Assembly: GCA_035550375.1 (NCBI GenBank)
Contig: DASZPH010000071.1
Location: forward strand, 12,253-76,252
Direction: 5' to 3'
From: Pirellulales bacterium
Lineage (GTDB): Bacteria > Planctomycetota > Planctomycetia > Pirellulales > JAICIG01
Length of the DNA stretch: 64,000 nucleotides
Shown here: positions 1 to 8,801 of the stretch, piece after piece
How positions within the stretch are numbered: position 1 is the stretch's first letter
Layout: each line of letters opens with the position of its first letter
Notes under the pieces: generated by a model
What the model saw: the letters and a program-made list of their open reading frames with translations, nothing else
Databases searched by the model: none
Told to the model about the DNA's origin: nothing
Program-made: the position numbers and the translations under genes

Positions 1-742
1 CCACCAGGAGCGCGGCCGGGACGAAGGGACGAAGGCTGCGATTTCGCCAGCAGGCCGCGACGGAGGCAACCAGGAACAGGAACGACGCAAAAAAAGCGTA
101 GTACACACCCGCGCTCGACTGCAGCGCCGAGATCAAGACGCTCAGGCCGAGCCGCCGCCGCGGCGATCCGCCACCAACGGATTGCTGCTCCAATCGGGGT
201 TCCCCTGCATCCGTAACGCCGAGGCGTCCCAGGCAGATCCAGATCGCGACCAGCACCGAGAGCGGCACCACGTAGTAAGCCGCCAGGAAGAGGTGGATTT
301 CGCCTCGGTTCCAGTGATACGGCAGAAATGCGTAGAGTTGGCTGATGACAAAGGCCGGCGAACCCTTGATGCCGAGCTGACGCAAAACGAAGACCGACGT
401 CAACGCCGTGAGCGGAAAAGTAAGCAGGTAATAGAGGTTGAAGACGACCGACCAGGAAAGGCCGCTGCATCCCAAGAGCTTGATGATGGCGAAGTGCAGA
501 CTGTCGCTGGTCGGGAAATCGTGCATCTGCGCCAGCGACGGCGCCGCGAGTTGGGGGTTGTTCAGATACCAGCCGTGATCGATGACCGATTTCGTCCAGA
601 CCTGACAAAGCAAGGCGTCGAGTCGATAGACGAACGGCACGGTCAAATCGAGCCGCCACACCTCCATCAGAAGCGACAAAATCGCCAGCGAGCCAAGTGC
701 CGTGGCCGCATAGGGCGCGATTAATCGACCGAAAGAACGCAT
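1..742 (-). CDS. Polytopic integral membrane protein, N-terminal part (gene continues past the left edge). Possibly an envelope glycosyl-/phosphoglycerol-transferase-like enzyme; family not resolved
   Basis: Absent from the ORF track because it has no stop in the window. The reverse strand from ATG (complement of 740-742) reads MRSFGRLIAPYAATALGSLAILSLLMEVWRLDLTVPFVYRLDALLCQVWTKSVIDHGWYLNNPQLAAPSLAQMHDFPTSDSLHFAIIKLLGCSGLSWSVVFNLYYLLTFPLTALTSVFVLRQLG... and stays open to position 1. Third codon positions are GC-rich and there are several hydrophobic helices. The listed + ORF 182..724 is its Arg-rich mirror frame. Confidence 0.6.
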   Translation of the reverse strand, partial: MRSFGRLIAPYAATALGSLAILSLLMEVWRLDLTVPFVYRLDALLCQVWTKSVIDHGWYLNNPQLAAPSLAQMHDFPTSDSLHFAIIKLLGCSGLSWSVVFNLYYLLTFPLTALTSVFVLRQLGIKGSPAFVISQLYAFLPYHWNRGEIHLFLAAYYVVPLSVLVAIWICLGRLGVTDAGEPRLEQQSVGGGSPRRRLGLSVLISALQSSAGVYYAFFASFLFLVASVAACWRNRSLRPFVPAALLV

Positions 743-769
743 CCCGTTACCCCCTCCCATCGGGCTTCG

Positions 770-1615
770 TCAAGCGGCGCGCCGTTTGGCTCCCTTTTTA
801 CGGCCGGCCGCCGGCGCCGGGTTGTAGAGCCTGGGTACGTCCCAAGTCCTCCAGGGCGCCGCCCCCTCAGACCAGAGGCGATTGAGATGGCTGTGGTCCC
901 GGCTGCTGTCCATGGCGTGCCAGAAACCGCGGTGGGCGAAGGCCATCAGTTCACCGTCTTCCGCCAGACGGGTGAGCGGCTCGAGCTCCAGCACCAGCGA
1001 AGGATCGTTGTGGAGGCGATTGAAGAACGCCCGCTCGAAGACAAAGAAGCCTCCGTTAATCATCCCCGGCGCCGAAAGGGGCTTTTCCATGAAGTGCCGC
1101 ACTCGCTCCCCTTGCAGTTCCATTTCGCCGAAACGGCTGGGAGGCGAAATGGCGGTGACCGTCCCGATTTTTCCGTGCGACTGGTGATACGCGGCTAACT
1201 CAGTCAAATCGACGTCGGACACGCCGTCGCCGTAGGTCAGCATGAAACGGTCGCCCGTGATGTACGGCTCGATCCGCTTCAAACGGCAGCCCGTCATGGC
1301 GTCGAGGCCGGTCTCCGCCAGCGTGACGGTCCAATTCGACTCGCTCACCGTGTCGTGTATCTCGAACTCGTCGGGCGAACCGAGCCGCAGGGTGAAGTCG
1401 ACCTCGGCCAGCCTGTAATCGAGGAAGTAGCGTTTGATGACCCAGCTTTTCCAGCCGAGGCAAAGGACGAAATCGGTGAAGCCATGCCGGGCATAGCCTT
1501 TCATGATATGCCACAAGATGGGCCGGCCACCGACGGGGATCATGGGCTTGGGCACATCGTCGGCCACGTCGCGGATGCGTGTACCCTGGCCGCCGCAAAG
1601 GATAACGACTTGCAT
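770..1615 (-). CDS. rfbF: Glucose-1-phosphate cytidylyltransferase (CDP-glucose pyrophosphorylase)
   Basis: Lies in ORF 770..1789. The conserved N-terminus MQVVILCGGQGTRIRDVADDVPKPMIPVGGRPILWHIMKGYARHGFTDFVLCLGWK (nucleotidyltransferase GGxGTR loop) starts at the internal ATG at 1615. The 58 upstream codons look non-coding. Confidence 0.85.
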   Translation of the reverse strand: MQVVILCGGQGTRIRDVADDVPKPMIPVGGRPILWHIMKGYARHGFTDFVLCLGWKSWVIKRYFLDYRLAEVDFTLRLGSPDEFEIHDTVSESNWTVTLAETGLDAMTGCRLKRIEPYITGDRFMLTYGDGVSDVDLTELAAYHQSHGKIGTVTAISPPSRFGEMELQGERVRHFMEKPLSAPGMINGGFFVFERAFFNRLHNDPSLVLELEPLTRLAEDGELMAFAHRGFWHAMDSSRDHSHLNRLWSEGAAPWRTWDVPRLYNPAPAAGRKKGAKRRAA

Positions 1616-2007
1616 TGACGACTCTTGGCTCTGGGGAAGGTGCTGGCGAACGACCTTTTGGGGGGGCGAAGGAAACGGAAACCGCGACGTGAGATACACG
1701 ATTTCAAGCGTACGCGGAATACCATTTCGGGAGAGGAGTCGCCCGACCGCCCGACCTTGCTTGGCGCGAAAACGGCCGCCTTTTTGCACGCTCGAGGGCG
1801 TTTTCCCGGCCCCTCCCTTGCCCCTCCCTCCACAATCTGGGGCTTTCCGGCAAACTCGATATAATCGTGGACGCCTTTCCAGCCGATCTTTAACGATGGC
1901 CTGTTGGGCCAGGCCCTGTTAGACCTAAGAATACGAGAAGCGCGCGAACGGCGCGCCTGCTCAAGGTACCACTCCGATTGCGGCAAAGCCGCGTTACAAC
2001 GAACGCC

Positions 2008-2736
2008 ATGCACAAGCCGATTTGCAAGTTCTTCTCTGCTGCGTTGTTGGCATATGGCCTTGCCAGTCCGTCGCTGGCGGCGGATCGGGTCGCCGCGGTC
2101 CAATTCGAGGGAGAAGCGGCGCCGGAGGCGGCGTCGGGGCAGGCAGGGGTAAATGCTCCTGGGGGGCGTCTCGACGCTTCGCGCTTCAACGCTTGGTTTA
2201 ATGCCTACCGGACCTTTTCGACGGGCCGGGCGAAACTGCAAACCGCCGAAGCCGGCCAGGTGGAATTGGGAACGAGCGAGATCTCGGCGGAAGGCGAAGC
2301 CGCTGAAGCTTTTGAAATGGGAGGCATCCCGGGTAGCCAGGCCGCACGACGTCGTCCCGGCGTCGGTCGCTCGATTGCCGGCTCGGGCAGTTGGTTCAAC
2401 GCTGGCTCGCCTTTTGGCATCAAGTACGGCTATGGCAGCGGCTACGGCTACGGTGGCTACGGGTTCGACAATCCCTACGGCTACGGTTCGCGTACCGGCG
2501 GTGGCGGGGCTTATGGTTTCGGGTTTGGGTCTTTCGGGTCTGTGGGCGGTCAGACGGGCGAGCGTCTCAGCTCGTTGATCAGTGGTCCCGCGGAAGAGCG
2601 CGGCCGGTTGATCGGGTCCGAAGCGCCGGGCATCGGGGCTCCGGCGCGGCTGGAAACGGCGGTCGGCGGCACTTACGGCCGCGCCGGCGCCGGGGCGCGC
2701 AGGCTCGGCGAGAGCGCCAGCGTCAGCCGCGAGTAG
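2008..2736 (+). CDS. Exported Gly/Tyr-rich low-complexity protein (hypothetical)
   Basis: Lies in ORF 1978..2736. The ATG at 2008 gives a signal peptide MHKPICKFFSAALLAYGLASPSLAAD. The core is GSGSWFNAGSPFGIKYGYGSGYGYGGYGFDNPYGYGSRTGGGGAYGFGFGSFGSVGG. Confidence 0.6.
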   Translation: MHKPICKFFSAALLAYGLASPSLAADRVAAVQFEGEAAPEAASGQAGVNAPGGRLDASRFNAWFNAYRTFSTGRAKLQTAEAGQVELGTSEISAEGEAAEAFEMGGIPGSQAARRRPGVGRSIAGSGSWFNAGSPFGIKYGYGSGYGYGGYGFDNPYGYGSRTGGGGAYGFGFGSFGSVGGQTGERLSSLISGPAEERGRLIGSEAPGIGAPARLETAVGGTYGRAGAGARRLGESASVSRE

Positions 2737-2769
2737 CGGCCTCGGACAGCCGCTGTTTGAGCGACCGCC

Positions 2770-3820
2770 TCATCGGATACGGCGGCGAACAAAACGATAC
2801 CCGGTCGCGCGCAAAACAGACAGCCAGCTCGCCAGAAATACGGCCGCCAGCAAGGTCCAGGCGAGCCACCAGCCGCCGGCCACCGCTTGCCGAAATCGCC
2901 AACCAAAGCCTCTCATCGGCCGACCGGCATGGGTCCAGATCTGTTCGGCCGTCGCTTCGGCCCCCCACAGAAAACTCCCCAGCACGATCGCGAGCAGCAA
3001 TAGAAGCGAGAACCTCGCCGCCGCGGGTCCCGCACCCAACGCGGCCCAGACGGCCGCCAGCGACGCGACCGCAAGCATCGTTCCGTCGAGGACAACGTGC
3101 ATGCATTCCAGCAAATCCGCGCCTCCCGCCAGGTGTGCGAGCGCGGCCTTGTAGAGAACCAGGACGACCCCGGCCCCGGTCATGGCGACGAACAGGTGTC
3201 GAAGCGAAAACTGAAGCCACGCCCCCTGAAGCCTCATCGTGGAGGCATCGAGGTGGACGATCTGCCAGCCCAGCGCGCAAAGCAGCGCCGCCAACCCCAC
3301 CGTGGCCACCAATTGCACGAACATGACCATGTCCCACAGTTCTCCCCGCGCCCCGGCGGAATAACTTTCTGTCATCAAGAGCGTGGCGGCGAGCAGAGCA
3401 ACGGCAGCGCCGGCCGGCCAGAGTTTCTTCTCTATAGAAACGGAGCCCAGGATCAGCCAAACGACGGCCGCCGAGAACTGGGCGCATAAGAACGCTTTGG
3501 TGAGGAGTTGCCCACGGTTCGCGCCCCACCAGTCGTGGGCAACTCCGGCGTCGACCGCCACGCGAAACAGGAGCATGTTGACGAGCACGAAGCGACCAGG
3601 CCAGAACTCCCGCTCGCCAACGCCAATTCGGCAACCAGCGACCGACCCCCTGGGCGAGGACGAAGGTCTGCGCCATGAAACCGGCGAACACCAACAACGT
3701 AGGCAGCCACGTCCAACGAGACGAACTCGCCATGTCCAGGGCGAACTGATCGGCGTAGACGACCGTTGCCGGAAGCAGTACGGCCGCACCCAGCACGCGC
3801 AATGAGAAAAGCTCGCGCAT
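2770..3820 (-). pseudogene. Polytopic membrane protein split over two reading frames (frameshift near 3601-3630): pseudogene, assembly error or recoding
   Basis: The frame of ORF 2723..3820 looks coding only for its first ~70 codons (MRELFSLRVLGAAVLLPATVVYADQFALDMASSSRWTWLPTLLVFAGFMAQTFVLAQGVGRWLPNWRW) and then turns Arg-rich. The frame of ORF 2770..3789 is junk at first and then looks coding from ...EFWPGRFVLVNMLLFRVAVDAGVAHDWWG... to its stop (hydrophobic helices, high GC3). The frames differ by 1 nt. Confidence 0.45.
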
Positions 3821-3856
3821 GCCGGCGATTATACACCTTGTCCGGCCCTTGCCATC

Positions 3857-4753
3857 CTACAGGCGCATCCGAATCGTTTCGCAGAGGCGCAGCATCGTGG
3901 GTATGTCTAGCTGCTCGGCGCGGGTCGTTTCGTCAAAGCTGAGCTGCCCCATGATGGCGTCGACTTCGGGCTTGCCAAGCCGCCCCTTGTAAGCGCTGAG
4001 AATTACGCTCCGCAAGAACTTGCGGCGGTGGAAAAACATCGATCGGGCGAAAGCGTGGAAGAAATCGAGGTCGGGAATTTGCTCGCGCCAGTCGCGACGC
4101 AGCCGGATGTGGACGATGGCCGAGTGGACCTTTGGTCGCGGCCAGAACGCGGTCGGCGGCATCACTCGCACGATTTGCGGCTCGCACTGCGACTGCACCC
4201 ATACGCTCAGCGCCCCGTAATCCTTGGTGCGGGGGCGGGCCACGATCCGCTCGGCCAGTTCCTTCTGGATGGTTAGCGTCATCGTCTCCGGCGGCATGTC
4301 GCAGGCGAGCAGGTTCGTGATGATCGGCGTGGCGATGTTGTAGGGCAAGTTCGCCGCCAGCTTGAAACGCCGACCAGGTGCGGCGGACAGTTGCTCCCGC
4401 ACGGCCGCGAGCACGTCCGGATTGATGCGGTTCTTGTTTTTCAGGGCGTCGCGGCGCAGGAGAACCACGTTGTCGCAGTCGATCAGCTCTTCCGAGGCAA
4501 GCTGATGCATCTGCGGGTCGAGTTCGACCGAGACGACCGCCGCCGCGGCCCGGGCCAGCTTGGCGGTGAGCGAGCCGGTGCCGGTGCCTACCTCCAGAAC
4601 CACGTCGCGGTCGTCGATTTGCGCCGACTCGAACAAGAGATCGAGCAGGTTCAGGTCGATCAGAAAATTCTGGCCGTGCCGCGTCTTCGGCAAAATGCCC
4701 GCCTGCTCGAAGCGGCGAATAAGGAACGACTGCGTCTGGCGGGCGGTGGACAT
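3857..4753 (-). CDS. rsmA: 16S rRNA (adenine1518/1519-N6)-dimethyltransferase
   Basis: RsmA/KsgA hallmarks: HGQNFLIDLNLLDLL, SAM motif VLEVGTGTGSLT, and NLPYNIATP. Confidence 0.9.
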   Translation of the reverse strand: MSTARQTQSFLIRRFEQAGILPKTRHGQNFLIDLNLLDLLFESAQIDDRDVVLEVGTGTGSLTAKLARAAAAVVSVELDPQMHQLASEELIDCDNVVLLRRDALKNKNRINPDVLAAVREQLSAAPGRRFKLAANLPYNIATPIITNLLACDMPPETMTLTIQKELAERIVARPRTKDYGALSVWVQSQCEPQIVRVMPPTAFWPRPKVHSAIVHIRLRRDWREQIPDLDFFHAFARSMFFHRRKFLRSVILSAYKGRLGKPEVDAIMGQLSFDETTRAEQLDIPTMLRLCETIRMRL

Positions 4754-4784
4754 GGCGAATAGACAAAAATCCTCTAGGCGGGGC

Positions 4785-5384
4785 CTACATCTGGCCCCGA
4801 ACTTCTTGCAGCCGCTCGACGTATTTTGCCAGCAGGTCCGATTCCAGGTTCACCCGGTCACCGACCTGGCGTCGCCCAAGCGTCGTCACCTGCAAGGTGT
4901 GGGGAATCAGGGCCACGCTGAATCGATCGGGTTCAACGTCAACCAACGTCAGGCTGACGCCGTCGACGGCGATGGAACCCTTCGAGGCGATCTGGCCGGC
5001 TAACTCCGCCGGGTATCGAAACCACATCGTCGTCCAATCCCCTTCGTCGTCGCGCCGGGCGACCGTGCCCACCCCGTCGATGTGCCCGGTAACGAAGTGG
5101 CCGCCGAGCAAGTCGCCCACCGCCAGCGATCGTTCCAGGTTGACGACACTCCCCTCGGTCAGCTCCCCGAGATTGGTGCGACGCAGGGTTTCGGGCCCCG
5201 CTTCAAACGCCCAGTTCGTCGGTGACACCTCGATCGCCGTCAGGCAACAGCCGTTGATCGCCACGCTGTCGCCGACTCGAGCCGCCCCGATCTCACCGAC
5301 GGGTCGTACCACAATCCGTTTACCGGGCGGCTGCGAAACCACCTTAACAACCGAGCCCAGGCATTGGACAAGACCGGTGAACAT
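4785..5384 (-). CDS. ribE: Riboflavin synthase (alpha chain)
   Basis: MFTGLVQCLGSV..., an internal duplication with GDSVAINGCCLT and GSIAVDGVSLT, and LIPHTLQVTTLG. Length 199 aa is typical. Confidence 0.9.
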   Translation of the reverse strand: MFTGLVQCLGSVVKVVSQPPGKRIVVRPVGEIGAARVGDSVAINGCCLTAIEVSPTNWAFEAGPETLRRTNLGELTEGSVVNLERSLAVGDLLGGHFVTGHIDGVGTVARRDDEGDWTTMWFRYPAELAGQIASKGSIAVDGVSLTLVDVEPDRFSVALIPHTLQVTTLGRRQVGDRVNLESDLLAKYVERLQEVRGQM

Positions 5385-5479
5385 GACGGAGTGAGCGGAG
5401 GACTCGTTGATTTTAAGGAGGGCGGCCTTGCTGGTGTAGCCAGTTCAGGAGTTCGGCATTCTACGCTTTAGCTGTTTAA

Positions 5480-5537
5480 CCGGGAGCCAGCGGCGACCGC
5501 GGGACAGAGCGGAATCGCGGTCACCGCTGGCTCCCGG
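5480..5537. repeat. Long GC-rich inverted repeat (22-bp arms, 1 mismatch, 14-nt loop) between pssA and ribE
   Basis: 5480-5501 CCGGGAGCCAGCGGCGACCGCG pairs with 5516-5537 CGCGGTCACCGCTGGCTCCCGG. No T/U tract follows on either strand. Confidence 0.6.
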
Positions 5538-5632
5538 GTAAACGACGATGCACCTCGACCTCGAAACTCCCGAACTGGAGACGGCCCGAGGCCGCCCGGA
5601 TACCGTGACGTGGCGTGGCGTCGACCCCGGCG

Positions 5633-6514
5633 TCAGAACAGCGGCTCTTTGTGCGGCCGCCGCTGAACGTATTCGCGCCAGACATAGACGAGCGGCCCCT
5701 GCAGGACGAAGGCCGCGCTGATCAGGGGAACCGCAAAACCTCTGACCAGCATCACCCCGCCGAAGAGCAAGACCACCATCGCCAGGTGGGCAAAGCTGTG
5801 CTGCCCGCTGAAGATCTGATTGACGATGTGCGGATAGGGGATGCGCGAAACCATCAGCACGGCGACCAGCAACGTGAAGAACGGCAAGACGTACTGCATC
5901 ACCTGGTCGAACTGGGGAGCGTAGGGCGCGTACCAAGAGGTGTTCGTCTCCTTTCGTAGGGTGTAGAAGAGGATGGCGAAGCTGGCGATGGCAGCCGCGG
6001 CAGCCGGACTGGGAAGGCCCGTGAAGTGCATGTGGTCGTCCTCTTCGTCGCTCTCGACGTTGAAGCGAGCCAACCGCATGGCGGCGCAGGCCGCATACAA
6101 GGCGGCGATGATCCACACCATGTCGTGGTGCATGTACTCGAAGCGCGGGCACATTTTGACAAGCAAGAAGGCCGGCGCCACGCCGAACGTGACAACGTCG
6201 CACAGGCTGTCGAGCTGCGCGCCGAAGTCGCTGGTGGTTTTGGCCAGCCGGGCCACGTGCCCGTCGAGCGCGTCGAAGATCATGGCCAGGAAAATCAGCC
6301 ATCCGCTGAGCATGCAGTTGTGGACCGGATCCTGCTTGTCGAAGGCCCTGGCGGCCTTGAGGGGATTCATCGTGCCGATCGTTGCGGCCCGCGGAGGTTC
6401 CGGCGTGGCTGGGGGATCGACCCGCGCCGCCACGACGATGGCGAAGAAACCACACACCAGGTTGCCCAACGTAAAGAGGGTCGGCAGCACGGCCACCGTG
6501 CGAATCTTGCGCAT
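5633..6514 (-). CDS. pssA: CDP-diacylglycerol--serine O-phosphatidyltransferase
   Basis: CDP-alcohol phosphatidyltransferase motif FDALDGHVARLAKTTSDFGAQLDSLCDVV, multiple TM helices, and a position directly upstream of psd. Confidence 0.9.
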   Translation of the reverse strand: MRKIRTVAVLPTLFTLGNLVCGFFAIVVAARVDPPATPEPPRAATIGTMNPLKAARAFDKQDPVHNCMLSGWLIFLAMIFDALDGHVARLAKTTSDFGAQLDSLCDVVTFGVAPAFLLVKMCPRFEYMHHDMVWIIAALYAACAAMRLARFNVESDEEDDHMHFTGLPSPAAAAAIASFAILFYTLRKETNTSWYAPYAPQFDQVMQYVLPFFTLLVAVLMVSRIPYPHIVNQIFSGQHSFAHLAMVVLLFGGVMLVRGFAVPLISAAFVLQGPLVYVWREYVQRRPHKEPLF

Positions 6515-6577
6515 CTATCAGCACCTTCGTTGTCAGCAGACGAGAGAGGCTTGCGGCTCCCCTCGTTCAGCCGGTTG

Positions 6578-7519
6578 TCACGGATACCGGGCGAGCACGT
6601 CCCTGCCCGCCGCCACCTTCCGGCCCACGGCGGTCAGCAGCTCCAGTCCCTCATAGGGAAGGATAAGCTCCGTCCGCGAGCCAAGCTTGATCATACCGAA
6701 TTTGTGGCCGCGAGCGACCGCCTCGCCCGGCCGCAAGTTGCACACGATCCGCCGCGCGAAAAGCCCGGCAATCTGGCGTATCACCAGCTTCCGGCGTGGC
6801 GGCGCGTCCTCCTCCAGACCGATCCACATGTTCTCGTTCAACATGCGGCTGTCGAGATTGCGCGCGTCGAGAAAGAGTCCGGGCTCGTACTTCAACCGGA
6901 TCACGCGGCCGGCCACGGGGGCGCGGTTAATGTGTACGTTGAAGATCGAAAGAAAGATGCCGATTTTGACGGCCGGGCCGCCGACGAAATCGTCGTGATC
7001 CAGGTGGGTCACCTCCGAGACCGTGCCGTCGGCCGGAGCCACCACAAGCCCCGGTTCCTGGGGCACGCGGCGCGGCGGATCGCGGAAGAACCAGACGATC
7101 AGGCCGAAAATGACGCCGGGGACAACCGCCAGGTACCACCGCCAGCAAGCCAACGAAACGGTGAGCGCCAGGAGCGGGTAGCCCATCAACTGAAGTTCGG
7201 CCAGCCCCCAGCGGGCGAAACCGAGGTGCCCGCGCCAGCCGAAGGGGTCGTCTTGCCATTCGGCCGTACATTGGTTGCGGCAGTACTTGAGGTCGCGCGG
7301 ATCGAGGATTTCGTGCGGTGCTCCCTCCGCGCTTCCCTGCATCTTTTCAGCCATCCGCCGCACGTAAGCGGGGCGAAACCTGCGCAGCCACCAGCGTCGC
7401 CAGTTCCCCCAGGCGAGTTCGACGGAATAGCAGACTCCGCCGCCCGGCTGCACGCTGCTCAGGTTCGGGGGGAGCGGTTCGGGCTCGGCTCGATGGCAAG
7501 ACGCCTCGACTTGCGACAT
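6578..7519 (-). CDS. psd: Phosphatidylserine decarboxylase proenzyme (short type) with a ~110-aa N-terminal extension
   Basis: C-terminal core VVAPADGTVSEV...IFLSIFNVHINRAPVAGRV...GHKFGMIKLGSRTELILP, with the G-S self-cleavage site in LGS. The start is uncertain. Confidence 0.85.
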   Translation of the reverse strand: MSQVEASCHRAEPEPLPPNLSSVQPGGGVCYSVELAWGNWRRWWLRRFRPAYVRRMAEKMQGSAEGAPHEILDPRDLKYCRNQCTAEWQDDPFGWRGHLGFARWGLAELQLMGYPLLALTVSLACWRWYLAVVPGVIFGLIVWFFRDPPRRVPQEPGLVVAPADGTVSEVTHLDHDDFVGGPAVKIGIFLSIFNVHINRAPVAGRVIRLKYEPGLFLDARNLDSRMLNENMWIGLEEDAPPRRKLVIRQIAGLFARRIVCNLRPGEAVARGHKFGMIKLGSRTELILPYEGLELLTAVGRKVAAGRDVLARYP

Positions 7520-7595
7520 TCGGAGTAGGACAAGTTGACCGGGCTAAAAGAGCGAGTCGGCCCGGTCATGCTCGAATAACCGCGCCGCGCATTCG

Positions 7596-7604
7596 TGATA
7601 GAAT
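7596..7604 (+). promoter_or_regulatory. Candidate extended -10 promoter element (TGaTAGAAT) for the SGNH hydrolase gene
   Basis: 7596-7604 reads TGATAGAAT within an AT-richer stretch, 33 nt upstream of the ATG at 7637. There is no good -35. Confidence 0.3.
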
Positions 7605-7636
7605 GTCGAAATGCTCAACATCGCCGTAAAATTGCA

Positions 7637-8746
7637 ATGGTAACGGATTCGGGCGGGGACAAAAAGTCGGTTCCCAGCGCGGCGATCTCGCCGCCGCGGT
7701 CTGGCTCGTGGGCGCGTGGTCTTCTTCTAAAATGCCTGGTGGCCGGCGTGGTCACGCTGGCCTCGGCCGAAGGCCTGCTGCGGGCGTATGTCGCCTCGCG
7801 CGGGTGGACCGCGAACTGCTACGCCGCGCAGTTGGAGCTGTTTCGGCCCGACGCTCAAACCGGCTACGACCTGGCTCCCGGGTTCCGCCTGAAAAGCGGC
7901 GTCTATCAAATATCGATCAATTCGCTGGGTTTGCGGGGGCCCGAGGTCATGCGCAGCAAGCCGAAGGGCACGCGGCGGGTCGTGATCGTCGGCGAATCGT
8001 CGGCCTTCGGTTACCTGGTGGGCGACGGCCAGGAGGCGGCTCGCCTGCTGGAGCTGGAATTGCGCGACCGCGGCCACAACGTCGAGGTGCTCAACGGGGG
8101 CGTGCCGGGCTACAACTTGTTCCAGTCGATCGTGCGGTTTCGCGAAGTGCTGGCTCCTCTTGAGCCCGATGTCGTCATCGCCTACCTGGGATGGAACGAC
8201 CTTCCTTACGTGGTGAGCGACGAACCGGACGCCAACCGTTTTCGGAAACGGCCGGCGCCGGCCGCCTGGGAACGGCTGCTCGGCCATTCGACGCTCTACG
8301 GGTTTGTGGTCTATCGCCTATGGGGCGGACCGGTCCACATGGTGCCGGCCGAATTTGCCGATTCCGACGTGATGCCGGCGGGCCAGCGACAGTTTTTGGA
8401 GAATCTGGCGGCCTTGGCAGCGGAGGTGGACAAGGCCGGCGCGAAGCTGGCGATTTGCGCCCAGGCCACGGCGGCCCATTCGTCGGTTTCATCCGACCTC
8501 AGGTCGGCACTGGGACCGCGCGAGGCCGAGCAAGCCCGGGCCATCCGCCTGGGCGACTGGCTTCACGGGACGCTGGCCGACTTTGCCGCCGGGCGAAAGC
8601 TTACGTTCATCGACGCCTACGCCAACGTTCCGCCGACGGCCCAGATGCTTGCGGATTATGTACATCTAACAGCCGCGGGAGAACGCCGCCTGGCTGCGCT
8701 GTGGACCGAGGCGCTCGAAGCGGGCGATGACTCGCCGATCCGGTAG
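7637..8746 (+). CDS. SGNH/GDSL-family hydrolase (lipase/esterase-like), membrane-anchored
   Basis: Block I VVIVGESSAFG, block III NGGVPGYN, block V DYVHLT, and an N-terminal hydrophobic anchor LLLKCLVAGVVTLASA. The ATG at 7637 is preferred over the GTG at 7595, because the upstream codons are AT-rich. Confidence 0.75.
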   Translation: MVTDSGGDKKSVPSAAISPPRSGSWARGLLLKCLVAGVVTLASAEGLLRAYVASRGWTANCYAAQLELFRPDAQTGYDLAPGFRLKSGVYQISINSLGLRGPEVMRSKPKGTRRVVIVGESSAFGYLVGDGQEAARLLELELRDRGHNVEVLNGGVPGYNLFQSIVRFREVLAPLEPDVVIAYLGWNDLPYVVSDEPDANRFRKRPAPAAWERLLGHSTLYGFVVYRLWGGPVHMVPAEFADSDVMPAGQRQFLENLAALAAEVDKAGAKLAICAQATAAHSSVSSDLRSALGPREAEQARAIRLGDWLHGTLADFAAGRKLTFIDAYANVPPTAQMLADYVHLTAAGERRLAALWTEALEAGDDSPIR

Positions 8747-8801
8747 AGCCCATCCGAGAACCGGCACTGTGGTGCGGGCGTCTCTGCCCGCTTGTCCGAC
8801 C

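Noticed and set aside
5385-5632. Possible FMN (RFN) riboswitch upstream of riboflavin synthase ribE
   Set aside because: On the reverse strand I could not find the conserved RFN blocks (GGUGAAAUUCC-type loops, the CCGACGGU...AGUCCGGAUG core). The region instead contains a simple 22-bp hairpin. An Infernal search with RF00050 would settle this.
6026-7528. Very long ORFs on the strand opposite to well-supported genes (for example 6026..7528 +, 8913..10412 +, 10943..11995 +, 15716..17179 -, 29500..31110 -, 46868..47983 -, 62650..63813 -)
   Set aside because: Their translations are Arg/Pro/Gly/His-rich with no motifs. They mirror genes with clear family signatures. Stop-poor antisense frames are expected in DNA with this G+C content.
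8774-8791. Possible bidirectional terminator hairpin GCGGGC-N6-GCCCGC between the SGNH hydrolase gene and ruvA
   Set aside because: The stem is only 6 bp and there is no flanking T/A tract on either strand. The evidence is insufficient to annotate it.
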